Shown here one piece after another: positions 54,934 to 64,000 of a DNA stretch of 64,000 nucleotides (positions are counted from its first letter, which is position 1; the number at the start of each line of letters is the position of its first letter). Both the position numbers and the translations under genes were made by a program. The stretch covers positions 15,003-79,002 of the forward strand of contig JBBDNA010000009.1 in assembly GCA_040877915.1 (NCBI GenBank). Direction: 5' to 3'. Under the pieces are notes generated by a model. It did no database searches. It was not told the origin of the DNA and saw only the letters and a program-made list of their open reading frames with translations. This stretch comes from Dehalococcoidia bacterium. Its GTDB lineage: Bacteria > Chloroflexota > Dehalococcoidia > SM23-28-2 > RBG-16-64-32.

Positions 54934-55219
54934 TGTTAGGCATCGCCTCCGCAACTGATTGACTGGGTCCCGTTGAGGATGACACCTTAGGAAACGGACA
55001 GCCGCGGGCTAACAGTCAATGAGTTTGGGCTAGTGTGAAGGCCTCGACGACATGCGAGCCTGGGCTGCATCAGGATGCTTGTTCAGCCAAGTGAATTCTC
55101 CCCCGAAGATGGGCGCGCTCGAGTCGGCCACCGTCAACACCCAGACCCCAGAGTGGCGGTATTTCTAGTGGTTGCTAGCGGCCGGGCTTATACTGTCCAT
55201 CGTTCGTGCAGGCAGGGGC

Positions 55220-55635
55220 GTCACCGGTGAGGGACTACACGTACGACGGCGCCGGCCGTCTGGAGAGAGCGTCGTCAACACGGACCCCACGCCGGCCACC
55301 ATCTCCAGCTTCGACTACACCCTGGACGCCGTGGGCAACCGGACACCGACGACGACGGCGACGGCTCGTCGGACCTCAGCGAGGGTTACGTCTCGTCTGA
55401 CGGGCTTGACCGCTGCCCGGTCACGGCGGGTCACGATGCCTGGCCCCCAGACTCCGACGGTAACGGCCAGGCCAACGTCGGAGACGTTATCTCACTGTTT
55501 GGGGGTGGCAAGATACTGCAGTCGACGGGCCAGACGTTCTATTCCCGCCGCTCGGATGCTGACGCGAGTGGAGCGGTGAACGTCGGGGACGTCATCGGCC
55601 TTTTTGGCGGAGGGAACATTCTGGCTAGCTGCTGA
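55220..55635 (+). pseudogene. multiply frameshifted remnant: YD repeats followed by dockerin-like Ca-binding repeats
   Basis: VRDYTYDGAGRLERA in one frame and ISSFDYTLDAVGNRT in a second. The third frame reads DTDDDGDGSSD...DAWPPDSDGNGQANVGDVISLFGGG...DADASGAVNVGDVIGLFGGGNILASC*. No start codon is present. Confidence 0.5.
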
Positions 55636-55642
55636 GGCCACA

Positions 55643-56431
55643 CTACGTGGTCTTAGTGTCAGGCCCGTATCGTTGGCTGCCGGGATCCGAATCGCCGAAG
55701 ACCGCGCTTCTCAGATCTGAAAGGTGCTCCTCCCTGGGCTCTTCCTTTTTCGGAAACCCGTCGATCCGTCCGGCCATCTGATCGAACAGCTCCTCCAGCT
55801 CGGCCCGGATGCCGACCAGCGTCTCCCGAACCTCCGGCTCCAGCGGGTCCTCCCCGTCGAACTCCGCCGCCACCTCGTCGAGCACCTTCTCCACCGCCAC
55901 CAGCTCCTGCCAGCGCTGCTCGAAGTTCCGCCGCAGCGCCGCCTCCAGCCTCTCGACCAGCTCGTCGCCCCACGGCGGCGGACTCCCTGACTTCCTCATG
56001 ATTTGCCGGATCACCCCGCTGTGCGACGGGCTGGCCATGATCGCCTCCTGCGCCCGCCTGCGCAGGCGTCGCGTGCCTTCCACCCGCTCTCGCTCGGTGT
56101 CCGGGAAGACCTCGAACTCGCTGCCCCAGTCCGGGTACACGGGGGCTTCCTCACCCAGCCAGCCGTAGAACGAACCGGCGTTGACCCGCAGTCGCTTCCC
56201 CGTACCGCTTCCCTGCAAGATGCCTTCCTTGACCAGCCGCGCCAACTCGGCCCGCTTCTCGCCGATCACCCGCCCCCAGGCCGCGTCGCTGACCAGCGGC
56301 TCCCCGTCGTCCGGGTCCTCACCCTCGAAGTCGTCCTCCGACCAGCCCTCGTGCCTCTCCATCAGGAGTTCGGCCAGCTCGTCGACCGGCGCCATCTCTG
56401 GCTCCGTCCACTGATGTCCATCATAATCCAC
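55643..56431 (-). CDS. hypothetical acidic protein
   Basis: 262-aa ORF with coding-like composition and coiled-coil-like Glu/Arg-rich segments. No recognisable motif. Confidence 0.45.
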   Translation of the reverse strand: MDYDGHQWTEPEMAPVDELAELLMERHEGWSEDDFEGEDPDDGEPLVSDAAWGRVIGEKRAELARLVKEGILQGSGTGKRLRVNAGSFYGWLGEEAPVYPDWGSEFEVFPDTERERVEGTRRLRRRAQEAIMASPSHSGVIRQIMRKSGSPPPWGDELVERLEAALRRNFEQRWQELVAVEKVLDEVAAEFDGEDPLEPEVRETLVGIRAELEELFDQMAGRIDGFPKKEEPREEHLSDLRSAVFGDSDPGSQRYGPDTKTT

Positions 56432-56728
56432 CAGTGATTGTCGGTTAGTCAGTCAAATGTCTGCCAAAGTTAGGCAGCCAAAGTCGCGGGTGTTCAATTC
56501 CGCATCGAAAGAGCTTTCGGCAACTGTGCGGTTAGATAACGTTTGCGGCCTGCGTCCTCAAGAAACTCTCCTGCTACACAGAGATACTCGCATCGCGCGG
56601 ACTGTGCCGCTGAAGCGGAATTGCGCCAGATGAGAAGGGGCCGAGGGATCTCAGGTACTCGATCTCAGCCGTCCTGAATCGAAGGTTCTCCAGACCTTCA
56701 AGTCCCGATGCAAAGGGGCCATTCGGCC

Positions 56729-56748
56729 CTTGTGACTGCAATCACAAG
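56729..56748. promoter_or_regulatory. perfect CRP/GlxR-type box (TGTGA-N6-TCACA) upstream of the molybdoenzyme operon
   Basis: CTTGTGA-CTGCAA-TCACAAG is a 7+6+7 perfect palindrome. TAGAAG (56765-70) lies about 29 nt downstream of the box centre, and ATG 56815 follows. Confidence 0.5.
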
Positions 56749-56814
56749 CGTGCTTTTGTATGCGTAGAAGCGCAGCGTGGCAGATGCGGCGTCACGAGTG
56801 ATAAGGAGGGACTT

Positions 56815-57834
56815 ATGGCTGGGTCGAGTCGACGCGGGTTCCTGCGTCAAGTCGCGAAGGTAGTCCCAAGCGTCGCTGCAGCGGCGGCCCTCGGCCACAT
56901 GGGGCTCGCCGGCGCCAAGCGCAGCAAGCCCGGGAGTGAATTCGAGGGCGATCCCGCCGTCTGGCGGGAGAGGTTTCTTGAGGCGGCTCGGGCAGCGAAA
57001 GAGGCAGGTCCCGCGGTGGACACCCTGCAAGCTCCGGTCAGTCCGTCCAAAGACGTCCCCATGGTTATGAACATCACCGAGGACGGGTTCATCCCGCTCG
57101 CAGAGGTTCGTACGCCTCGCTCCTCTCCATCGAAGGTTGCGGACATCATACGTATGCAGGAAGAGCTCCAGAAGGCGATGGAGAAGCCGATGAACCAGCG
57201 CAAGTGGATTATGGTGATAGACCTGCAGAAGTGCATCGGTTGCTCGGCTTGCACGATCTCCTGCAAGGCGGAGAACAATCTGCCACCCGGTGTCGTCTAC
57301 CGGCCAGTGATCGAAGAGGAGATCGGGGAGTTCCCCAACGTCACCCGGCGCTGGCTGCCACGCCCATGCATGCACTGCGACGACCCGCCCTGCACGGATG
57401 TCTGCCCGGTTGGGGCCACGTGGAAGCGCGAGGACGGGATCGTTGTCGTGGATTACGACGCGTGCATTGGCTGCCGCTACTGCCTCACGGCGTGTCCATA
57501 TGGGGCGCGCTATTTCGACTTCGGTGACAAGTACACCGACGATACTCCGGCGGTGCAGGCTTACGAGAAATCGCCCTCGCCGGAATACGGCAAGGAATGG
57601 ACGCGGGACGGTCAAGGGTCGCCGGTCGGGAACGCCAGGAAGTGCCAGTTCTGTATTCACCGGCTCGATGTCGGGATGTTGCCCGCTTGTGTGACGACTT
57701 GTATCGGTGAGGCCACATTCTTCGGCGACAAGAATGACCCAGACAGCCTCGTAAACGAACTAATAGCTAGCCCGAGGGTGATGCGCCTGAAAGAAGAGCA
57801 GGGCACGAATCCGAAGGTCTACTACCTGACATAG
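56815..57834 (+). CDS. 4Fe-4S ferredoxin-type subunit of a DMSO-reductase-family complex (TtrB/PsrB/NrfC-like), Tat signal
   Basis: SRRGFLRQV twin-arginine motif and multiple Cys clusters ([38 protein letters not shown]). An AAGGAGGG RBS is present. Confidence 0.85.
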   Translation: MAGSSRRGFLRQVAKVVPSVAAAAALGHMGLAGAKRSKPGSEFEGDPAVWRERFLEAARAAKEAGPAVDTLQAPVSPSKDVPMVMNITEDGFIPLAEVRTPRSSPSKVADIIRMQEELQKAMEKPMNQRKWIMVIDLQKCIGCSACTISCKAENNLPPGVVYRPVIEEEIGEFPNVTRRWLPRPCMHCDDPPCTDVCPVGATWKREDGIVVVDYDACIGCRYCLTACPYGARYFDFGDKYTDDTPAVQAYEKSPSPEYGKEWTRDGQGSPVGNARKCQFCIHRLDVGMLPACVTTCIGEATFFGDKNDPDSLVNELIASPRVMRLKEEQGTNPKVYYLT

Positions 57835-57843
57835 GAGGGTGCC

Positions 57844-59127
57844 ATGAGATTGGATATCACACCAAAGCCCGTGGCGATCCCTCTGGGCATGATCTGGGTC
57901 GCGGCGTTTACCGCCGGGCTCGTTGGCATCGGTCTGCGCCTGACCAGCGGCCACGAGCTAGCGAACTACACGAGCAGCATCCCGTGGGGTCTGTGGGTCG
58001 CCGCATACGTGTACTTCGTTGGCCTCTCCGCCGGCGCCTTCCTTATCTCTGCCCTTATCTTCGTGTTCGGGATGAAGTCCCTGGAACCGATCGGAAAGCT
58101 AGCACTGTTTACGGCGCTGATGGCGCTGGTTGCCGCCCTGCTAACCATCTGGCTGGATCTCGGCCACATGGAGCGGTTCTACTACGTCTTCACCCGGGGC
58201 AACCCCGGATCGATGATGGCCTGGATGGTGTGGCTCTACACGGCATATTTCTTCTTGCTCATCATTGAATTTTGGGTCGCCATCCGCGGAGACCTTGTGA
58301 GCCAGTCATCCGAGGCAGGGTTGCGCGGCCGCGTTGCCTCGCTTCTTCTGGGTAAGTTCGGGCGGGCGTTCGGGCCGCGTCCGCGTCTTGCCGTGGCTCA
58401 TTCCTACGATCGGACGGGCGACCGCCAGATGCTGAAGATTCTTGGGAGCATCGGCGTGCCGCTGGCTATCGCCTTCCACGGTGGCGTTGGCGCTCTGTTT
58501 GGGGTGGTCGGCGCCCGGGGATACTGGAACGCGCCGCTCTACCCGCTTCTCTTCATCGTCGGTGCACTCGTATCCGGTGGCGGGCTGCTTACGTTTATTG
58601 TCGCCTTCCTGTGGCCTGAGAAGGGGACGGAAAAGCACAGGGAAATGGTCGTCACTCTCGGCCGGATGACTCTCGCCATGCTGGCCGTGTACCTGATCAT
58701 GGTCTGGGCCGAGTTCAGCATCACCCTGTACGCGGACATCCCGTCCGAAGCTGAGCCGCTGTACCAGATCCTCGGGGGGCCCTACCCATGGGTGTTCTGG
58801 GTCTTCCAGGTGGGCCTTGGGGCCGTCATTCCGATTGCGATCATGACCATACGCGGCAAGTCGATTCCCTGGGTGGGACTGGCGGCGGGCCTTGTGGCGC
58901 TTGGCTTCTTCGCGACGCGCCTCAATGTCGTCATTCCAGGCTTGCTCGAACCACAGTTGGATGGACTCGACACCGCGTACATCGACAACAGGCTGGAGTA
59001 CGAATACTTCCCCAGCGTCATGGAATGGCTGGTGCTCGCCTTTATCGGGTCGTTCGCCACGGGTCTTTTCTTCCTTGGCACGCGCCTATTGCCGCTGACC
59101 GACCAGAAACAGGAGGTGTCCCAATGA
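57844..59127 (+). CDS. NrfD/PsrC/TtrC-like polytopic membrane quinol-interacting subunit
   Basis: 427-aa ORF with 8-10 TM helices, lying between the FeS and catalytic subunit genes. An AGGAGGG RBS is present. Confidence 0.8.
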   Translation: MRLDITPKPVAIPLGMIWVAAFTAGLVGIGLRLTSGHELANYTSSIPWGLWVAAYVYFVGLSAGAFLISALIFVFGMKSLEPIGKLALFTALMALVAALLTIWLDLGHMERFYYVFTRGNPGSMMAWMVWLYTAYFFLLIIEFWVAIRGDLVSQSSEAGLRGRVASLLLGKFGRAFGPRPRLAVAHSYDRTGDRQMLKILGSIGVPLAIAFHGGVGALFGVVGARGYWNAPLYPLLFIVGALVSGGGLLTFIVAFLWPEKGTEKHREMVVTLGRMTLAMLAVYLIMVWAEFSITLYADIPSEAEPLYQILGGPYPWVFWVFQVGLGAVIPIAIMTIRGKSIPWVGLAAGLVALGFFATRLNVVIPGLLEPQLDGLDTAYIDNRLEYEYFPSVMEWLVLAFIGSFATGLFFLGTRLLPLTDQKQEVSQ

Positions 59128-62100
59128 GCAAGGAGCACGGCGTCTTCGGAACACAACTAGACCGTCGGCAGATTATCAAGAGTTCAGCGCTCCTGGGCGG
59201 CATGGCAGCTATCGCGACACAGGCGCCATGGCTTCTTGATTTGATAGACGGCTCGCCTGCCCAAGAGATAGTCCCAGATGCGGAGTACCTCCAGGCCAGG
59301 CCGGAGAACATCATCTACAGCGCGTGTCAGCAATGCAATGGACAGTGCGGCATCAAACTGAAGATGAAGGACGGCGTTGTTGTTAAGGCAGATGGAAACC
59401 CATACAGTCCCTGGACAATGCGTCCTCATGTGGCCTACGATACGCCCCCCTTTGAAGTGGCGACCGTCGAAGGCGGAATCTGCCCGAAGGGGCAGGCGGG
59501 CATCCAGACTGGGGCTGACCCCTACCGTATCGTCAAGGTCTTGAAGCGCGCCGGGCCGCGCGGCGCAGGCAAGTGGCAGACCATCGAGTTCGCCACGGCC
59601 ATCGATGAGATCGTCAACGGCGGCAAGATATTCGCCGACGTGCCGGGGGAAGAAGACCGGCAGATCGCGGGCCTGAACGACATCTGGGCACTGCGTGACG
59701 CCGAGGTGGCCAAGACAATGGCGGCTGACGTCAGCAAGATCCTCGGTGAGAAGGACAAGGACAAGAAAGCGGGGCTGGTCGACAAGTTCAAGGCCGATCA
59801 CGCCGACAAGCTCGATCTTATGATCGACCCGGATCACCCGGACCTCGGACCCAAGAACAACCAGTTCGCCTTCGTCTGGGGCCGTCTGAAGGGCGGGCGG
59901 GGCGACTTGATCCCGCGCTTCACGAAGGACGCCTTCGGATCGGCGAACGCGCACGGCCACACGACGGTCTGCCAGGGCTCGTTGTACTTCACCGGCAAGG
60001 CGATGAGCGAGCAGTTTGTCGAGGGGAAATTCATCAACGGCAAGAAGTTCTTTTGGCAGGCAGACCAAGAGTCAGCCGAGTTCATGATCTTCGTGGGAGT
60101 GAACCCGTTTGAGGCCAGCCAGTCGCCACCTCTACGCGCCCGCCGCATCACTGCCGGCCTGGCCGATGGTGGACTGAAGTACGTCGTGGTCGACCCACGG
60201 CTCTCACGCACGGCGGCCAAGGCCTGGAAGTGGCTGCCGAGCGTTCCGGGGAACGACGCGGCGATTGCCCTGGCCCTAATCCGCTGGGTCATCGAAAACG
60301 GCCGCTTTGACGCCGAATTCCTCACGGCCGCCAATAAGGCGGCTGCGGCCGCGGCAGATGAACCATCGTGGTCCAACGCGACCTGGCTGGTGAAGATGGA
60401 CGAGAACGGCGAGCCTGGCAAGTTTCTCCGGGCGTCGGAGATCGGACTCGCCCAGAAGGAGACGCGAACCAACAAGGACGGCAACGAATGGGAGTTCGAT
60501 CCCTTCGTCGTCTCCCTGAACGGGCAGTTCGTTCCCTTTGACCCTAACGACGACAAGAACTCGGTGGTCGGCGACGTCCTGGTGGACGCGACGGCGGGCA
60601 ACATCAGGGTGAAGACCTCCATGCAACTCCTCTGGGAAGAAGCCTCATCCAGGTCTATCGAGGAGTGGGCTGAGATCGCGGGAGTGCGGGCGCGAGATCT
60701 CGAAGCCATCGCTGAGGAATTTGTCAGCCACGGCAAGAAAGCTGCAGTCGATGTGCACAGGGGCGTTGCTTCGCACACCAACGGCTTCTACAGCTGCGGC
60801 ACCTGGCTCAACCTGAACCTTCTCATTGGCAACTACGACTGGAAGGGCGGCATGACAGCCGGCGCCACGTACGACCAGGCCGGCACGAAGGAAGGCCAGC
60901 CCTACCCGCTTTCCAAGATGCACCCGGGAAAGACCACCAGCTTCGGCATCAGCGTCATCCGCCACGACGTCAAGTATGAGGACTCGACGCTGTTCGAGGA
61001 CTACCCGGCGAAGCGCCCGTGGTTCCCCCTGTCTAGCGACATCTATCAACAGATCTTCCCCTCGGCAGCAGATGCTTACCCCTACCCACTCAAGGCAGTG
61101 ATTCTGTACATGGGCACGCCCGCGTACTCGCTGCCGGCCGGCGACAAGGTCATCGAGATACTTGCCGATCCGGAGAAGATACCGCTCTTCATCTGCAGCG
61201 ACATCGTGGTCGGTGAGACCTCAATGTATGCGGACTACATTTTCCCCGACCTGCCTGTGTACGAGCGGTGGGAGTTTAGCGGGACCCACCCCAACGTCGT
61301 CTGGAAGGTGCAGCCCGTCCGTCAGCCGGCCGCCGCCTCACCCAATGAGACGGTCACTGTGTTCGGCGAGGAGATGCCCTGCAGCCTGGAGGCGCTCATC
61401 CTGGGCCTGGCCGAAAAGATGGGACTTCCCGGCTTTGGCCCCGGTGGCCTCGGCGACTACGGCGACTTCACCAGGTCAGAGGATCTGTACCTGAAGCAGG
61501 TGGCCAACGTGGCTCTGGGCCACAAAGCCGACGCATCAGAGGCGCTACCAGACGCCGATGATGCTGAGTTGGCCCTCTTCACGCTGAGTCGGCGTCACCT
61601 GCCACAATCCCAGTTCGATTCGGCCAGGTGGGTGTCAACCGTCAGCCCAGATCTGTGGAGGAAGGTCGTGTACGTTCTCAACCGTGGCGGGCGCTTCGAC
61701 GACTACGAGAGGGCCTATGATGGGGAACATCTCAAGAACAAGTACGGCGCTCTCATCAACATGTACCAGGAGAAGACTGCGGGCGTGAAGGACTCTATGA
61801 CCGGCAAGCACTTCAGCGGCATCCCGCGGTACTTCCCCGCTTACACCGATTCCCTTGGCAACCCTATAGACGACGAGGCCGACGGATATGATCTGCAGAT
61901 GATCACAGCCCGCGAGATCACCCACACCAAGAGCCGCACCGTCGGCAACTACTGGCTGCTCGGGATCAACCCGGAGGGGGTTTTCGCGATCAACAAGTTA
62001 GACGCCGAACGGCTGGGGCTGGAGGACGATGACAAGGTGAAGATCGTGTCTGCCAGCAACCCCGACGGCGTTTGGGATTTGAGGAACGGCACGAAAAAGC

Positions 62101-62363
62101 CGATGATCGGAAAGGTGAAGGTGATCCAGGGTATCCGCCCCGGAGTAGTCTCCTTTTCCCTGGGCATGGGCCACTGGGCCTATGGTTCAACTGACATCGA
62201 AATCGACGGAGAGGTGATAAAAGGCGACGATCGCAGGGCAAAGGGGTTACACGCCAATGCGGCGATGCGAACGGACACAGTCAACACCAATACCTGTCTG
62301 TCCGATCTTGTGGGCGGCAGCGCAGTGTTCTACGACACCCGCATCAGGCTGGTGAAGGTGTGA
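59124..62363 (+). CDS. molybdopterin (bis-MGD) oxidoreductase catalytic subunit, Tat-exported (TtrA/PsrA-like)
   Basis: ATGA overlap with the preceding gene and an [26 protein letters not shown] Tat signal, N-terminal FS0 motif CQQCNGQC and a size of ~1079 aa. The first ~112 codons of the track ORF are an artefactual upstream extension. Confidence 0.85.
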   Translation: MSKEHGVFGTQLDRRQIIKSSALLGGMAAIATQAPWLLDLIDGSPAQEIVPDAEYLQARPENIIYSACQQCNGQCGIKLKMKDGVVVKADGNPYSPWTMRPHVAYDTPPFEVATVEGGICPKGQAGIQTGADPYRIVKVLKRAGPRGAGKWQTIEFATAIDEIVNGGKIFADVPGEEDRQIAGLNDIWALRDAEVAKTMAADVSKILGEKDKDKKAGLVDKFKADHADKLDLMIDPDHPDLGPKNNQFAFVWGRLKGGRGDLIPRFTKDAFGSANAHGHTTVCQGSLYFTGKAMSEQFVEGKFINGKKFFWQADQESAEFMIFVGVNPFEASQSPPLRARRITAGLADGGLKYVVVDPRLSRTAAKAWKWLPSVPGNDAAIALALIRWVIENGRFDAEFLTAANKAAAAAADEPSWSNATWLVKMDENGEPGKFLRASEIGLAQKETRTNKDGNEWEFDPFVVSLNGQFVPFDPNDDKNSVVGDVLVDATAGNIRVKTSMQLLWEEASSRSIEEWAEIAGVRARDLEAIAEEFVSHGKKAAVDVHRGVASHTNGFYSCGTWLNLNLLIGNYDWKGGMTAGATYDQAGTKEGQPYPLSKMHPGKTTSFGISVIRHDVKYEDSTLFEDYPAKRPWFPLSSDIYQQIFPSAADAYPYPLKAVILYMGTPAYSLPAGDKVIEILADPEKIPLFICSDIVVGETSMYADYIFPDLPVYERWEFSGTHPNVVWKVQPVRQPAAASPNETVTVFGEEMPCSLEALILGLAEKMGLPGFGPGGLGDYGDFTRSEDLYLKQVANVALGHKADASEALPDADDAELALFTLSRRHLPQSQFDSARWVSTVSPDLWRKVVYVLNRGGRFDDYERAYDGEHLKNKYGALINMYQEKTAGVKDSMTGKHFSGIPRYFPAYTDSLGNPIDDEADGYDLQMITAREITHTKSRTVGNYWLLGINPEGVFAINKLDAERLGLEDDDKVKIVSASNPDGVWDLRNGTKKPMIGKVKVIQGIRPGVVSFSLGMGHWAYGSTDIEIDGEVIKGDDRRAKGLHANAAMRTDTVNTNTCLSDLVGGSAVFYDTRIRLVKV

Positions 62364-62408
62364 CCCGTAAACAACACTCATCAGTGAGGCAACTTAGGAG
62401 GTCCGGAC

Positions 62409-62732
62409 GTGTCCCAGCAGCTACCCAAACCGTTTGAAGCCATCGGCCGCGACTACCCAGATGTGATGAAGGCCTATGAGCAACTGGCCTCGGCCGCGCA
62501 TAGCGCCGGACCGCTGGACGAGCGCACCCGTAGGCTGGTCAAGCTGGCCATCGCCGTCGGGGCTCGGCTCGAAGGCGCCGTCCGCTCGCACGTCAACCAG
62601 GCGAAACAGGCCGGCGTCAGTGACGCAGAGATCGATCACGTAATTCTCCTCGCTCTCACCACCATCGGCCTGCCATCAACCGTAGCCGCGAGGACGTGGG
62701 CCGCTGACGTGGCGGCCGACGATCAGCGATGA
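62409..62732 (+). CDS. carboxymuconolactone decarboxylase (AhpD-like) family protein, small
   Basis: PLDERTRRLVKLAIAVGARLEGAVRSHVNQAKQAGVSDAEIDHVI. An AGGAGG precedes GTG 62409. Confidence 0.75.
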   Translation: MSQQLPKPFEAIGRDYPDVMKAYEQLASAAHSAGPLDERTRRLVKLAIAVGARLEGAVRSHVNQAKQAGVSDAEIDHVILLALTTIGLPSTVAARTWAADVAADDQR

Positions 62733-63223
62733 TCACAAGGCATTCGCTTGCCGGAATCCTCAGCCTCGCCGCGATCTGCGTTCTAGCACTGGCGGCGGCC
62801 TGCGGTGACGACGATGAGACCCGATCCACGCCTGGCCCCACTCTCAGCGGGGCCAACGGCGGCGGCGGTAGCCCCGCGGACGAGCCGGGGGTGCTCGAAG
62901 TGTCGATGGGCGACAACTTTTTCGATCCCGCGGAGTTCCGCATTGATGGCGGCGGCACGGCGACATTCGCGCTCACAAACGACGGCGCCGCCATCCACAA
63001 CATGCGAATCGCCGGCGCAGACAGGCAATACAACTCCGAAGATGACGCCGTCTCCGACCCGCCCCTCGTGAACGGCGGCGAAGCTGCCACGCTCGAGTGG
63101 TTCGCGCCCTCGATAGGGGGCCTGTTCGCTTTCCGTTGCGATTTTCATCCGGAGACCATGGTTGGAATGCTCACCGTGGAGCCGACTGGCGAGGGCTCCG
63201 GCGCCGGCACGGAGGGTCCATGA
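62729..63223 (+). CDS. cupredoxin (type 1 blue copper) lipoprotein
   Basis: Lipobox LAAAC. Cu ligands are His in AIHNM and C-x2-H-x4-M in FRCDFHPETM. Confidence 0.75.
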   Translation: MITRHSLAGILSLAAICVLALAAACGDDDETRSTPGPTLSGANGGGGSPADEPGVLEVSMGDNFFDPAEFRIDGGGTATFALTNDGAAIHNMRIAGADRQYNSEDDAVSDPPLVNGGEAATLEWFAPSIGGLFAFRCDFHPETMVGMLTVEPTGEGSGAGTEGP

Positions 63224-63786
63224 ATGTGGCTGACCTTTCCGCGCCAATGAAGCCCCTCGTAAGCGTTGTCGGGAACTCCGGGGTCGGAAAGACGACATTC
63301 CTTGAACGCCTCATCCGCGAACTGAAGACCCGTGGCTATCGTGTGGCCACAATCAAGCATGACGTCCATACATTTGAAATCGATCACCCCGGCAAGGACT
63401 CCTGGCGTCTGGCGAAGGCCGGTAGCGACATCGTCGTGATTTCCGGCAGCAGTAAACTGGCTCTCATTGAGCGGGTCCGGCAGGAGCGCGCGCTCACGGA
63501 CGTCGTCGCGATGATCTCGGATCGCGTGGACATCGTTCTCACTGAGGGTTACCGGGGCGCGTCTGCGATGAAGATCGAAGTGTCCCGCAGCGAACACAGC
63601 CATGTGCTGACGGCCCGGCTGGACGATCTGATCGCGATCGTGACGGACGAGCGGTTCGATTATCCGGTGCCACAGTTCGACCTTGGAGATGGCCCTGGTG
63701 TGGCCGATCTTCTCGAGGGACGGTTTGCTCTTCGCTCGCCGCATTCCGCGCCGGGTGTGAAGGCGTGCGGTTCAGATGCGGAATGA
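63220..63786 (+). CDS. mobB: molybdopterin-guanine dinucleotide biosynthesis adapter protein MobB
   Basis: VSVVGNSGVGKTTFLERLI P-loop, ATIKHDVHTFEIDHPGKDSWR. An ATGA overlap joins it to the cupredoxin gene. Confidence 0.85.
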   Translation: MNVADLSAPMKPLVSVVGNSGVGKTTFLERLIRELKTRGYRVATIKHDVHTFEIDHPGKDSWRLAKAGSDIVVISGSSKLALIERVRQERALTDVVAMISDRVDIVLTEGYRGASAMKIEVSRSEHSHVLTARLDDLIAIVTDERFDYPVPQFDLGDGPGVADLLEGRFALRSPHSAPGVKACGSDAE

Positions 63787-64000
63787 AACGACGGCGATCG
63801 TTCTCGCTGGGGGCGCAGGACGGCGCATGGGTCGCGACAAGACGCAGTTGCTGCTTGGAGACCGCCGCATCCTGGATCTCGTGATCGACGCGGTGCGCAA
63901 GGTATGTGATGAGGTAGTCCTCGCAGCCGGGACCCGCTCTGCCCAGCTTGGTGACGAGTTCAACGTGAGAAGCGTGGAAGATCCGCCAGAAGCCGCTGGC
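63776..64000 (+). CDS. mobA: molybdenum cofactor guanylyltransferase MobA, N-terminal part (3' end outside the window)
   Basis: TAIVLAGGAGRRMGRDKTQLLL signature. The frame is open to the window edge. Confidence 0.8.
   Translation, partial: MRNETTAIVLAGGAGRRMGRDKTQLLLGDRRILDLVIDAVRKVCDEVVLAAGTRSAQLGDEFNVRSVEDPPEAAG

Noticed and set aside
56455-56515. tRNA-like fragment: CTGCC-AAAGTTA-GGCAG stem-loop followed by GCGGGTGTTCAATTCCGC
   Set aside because: It superficially resembles an anticodon arm plus a T-arm. However, the T-loop would be 8 nt, position 33 is not U, and no acceptor or D stems can be formed. It is not a tRNA gene and at most a decayed att-site remnant.
56432-56728. Possible Moco riboswitch in the lower-GC region upstream of the molybdoenzyme operon
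   Set aside because: Several hairpins are present, and one stretch vaguely recalls the 3' part of the Moco motif: hairpin GAAGGU...ACCUUC followed by GUCCCGAUGCAAAGGGG. However, I could not reconstruct the conserved 5' half. The CRP-type box and the -10-like element lie downstream of this region, so it is probably upstream of the transcription start. A cmsearch with RF01055 would settle it.
58788-59123. N-terminal 112-codon extension of the Mo-enzyme catalytic subunit ORF, and similar upstream extensions of 28392.., 29644.., 63097.. and 21640..
   Set aside because: The extensions overlap the preceding, well-supported genes. Internal starts with SD sequences and ATGA/GTGA overlaps (59124, 28524, 30355, 63220) give proteins that begin at the expected Tat signal, TM helix or P-loop.
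549-63744. Many other long ORFs in the track:
- 549..1598+
- 865..1812-
- 4810..5982-
- 6505..7644+
- 15426..16481+
- 15571..16398-
- 16747..17901-
- 20561..21493-
- 22011..22856+
- 22869..23999-
- 24105..25118-
- 31144..32376+
- 39166..40116-
- 41737..42609-
- 45156..46277+
- 46286..47242+
- 56698..57660-
- 59184..60068-
- 63145..63744-
   Set aside because: All overlap, in another frame or on the other strand, genes with clear family signatures. Their translations are dominated by Arg, Ala, Gly and Pro, have no motifs and have no RBS context. They are treated as high-GC artefacts.

Overview
This is a high-GC bacterial chromosomal window with about 50 credible intact genes and an unusually large number of gene remnants. 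The gene content and repeat style look Chloroflexota- or Actinomycetota-like, but I cannot fix the taxon from this sequence.

Genes from left to right:
- A small tailoring-type cluster: epimerase, UbiA prenyltransferase, ICMT-like methyltransferase, P450 and O-methyltransferase-like gene.
- An orphan nuoH.
- SRPBCC and alpha/beta-hydrolase genes with a divergent TetR gene.
- A GNAT plus ADP-forming acyl-CoA synthetase (Pat-like).
- An arylsulfatase with its formylglycine-generating enzyme.
- An SDR, a secreted dockerin-like/PT-linker protein and an SQR-like flavoprotein.
- A lower-GC island of decayed RHS/YD polymorphic-toxin pieces.
- An imuB-dnaE2 mutasome split by a vapBC module and colonised by short palindromic and tandem repeats.
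- A 2+2 ABC-2 exporter, a Baeyer-Villiger monooxygenase and typA.
- A type I hsdR remnant.
- Two paralogous alpha/beta-hydrolase / class III cyclase / LuxR-HTH proteins.
- sodC.
- An ECF sigma / anti-sigma / DUF4331 / TPR / NicO-like operon.
- A block of truncated genes.
- A candidate c-di-AMP riboswitch in front of a GT4-BON-glucosidase operon.
- A ttrBCA-ordered molybdopterin oxidoreductase operon, preceded by a perfect TGTGA-N6-TCACA box and followed by a CMD gene, a cupredoxin gene and mobB/mobA.

No rRNA gene, convincing tRNA gene, CRISPR array or intact transposase was seen. Many long ORFs in the track are antisense artefacts of the high GC content. All family calls rest on motifs read by eye, and no database search was possible.
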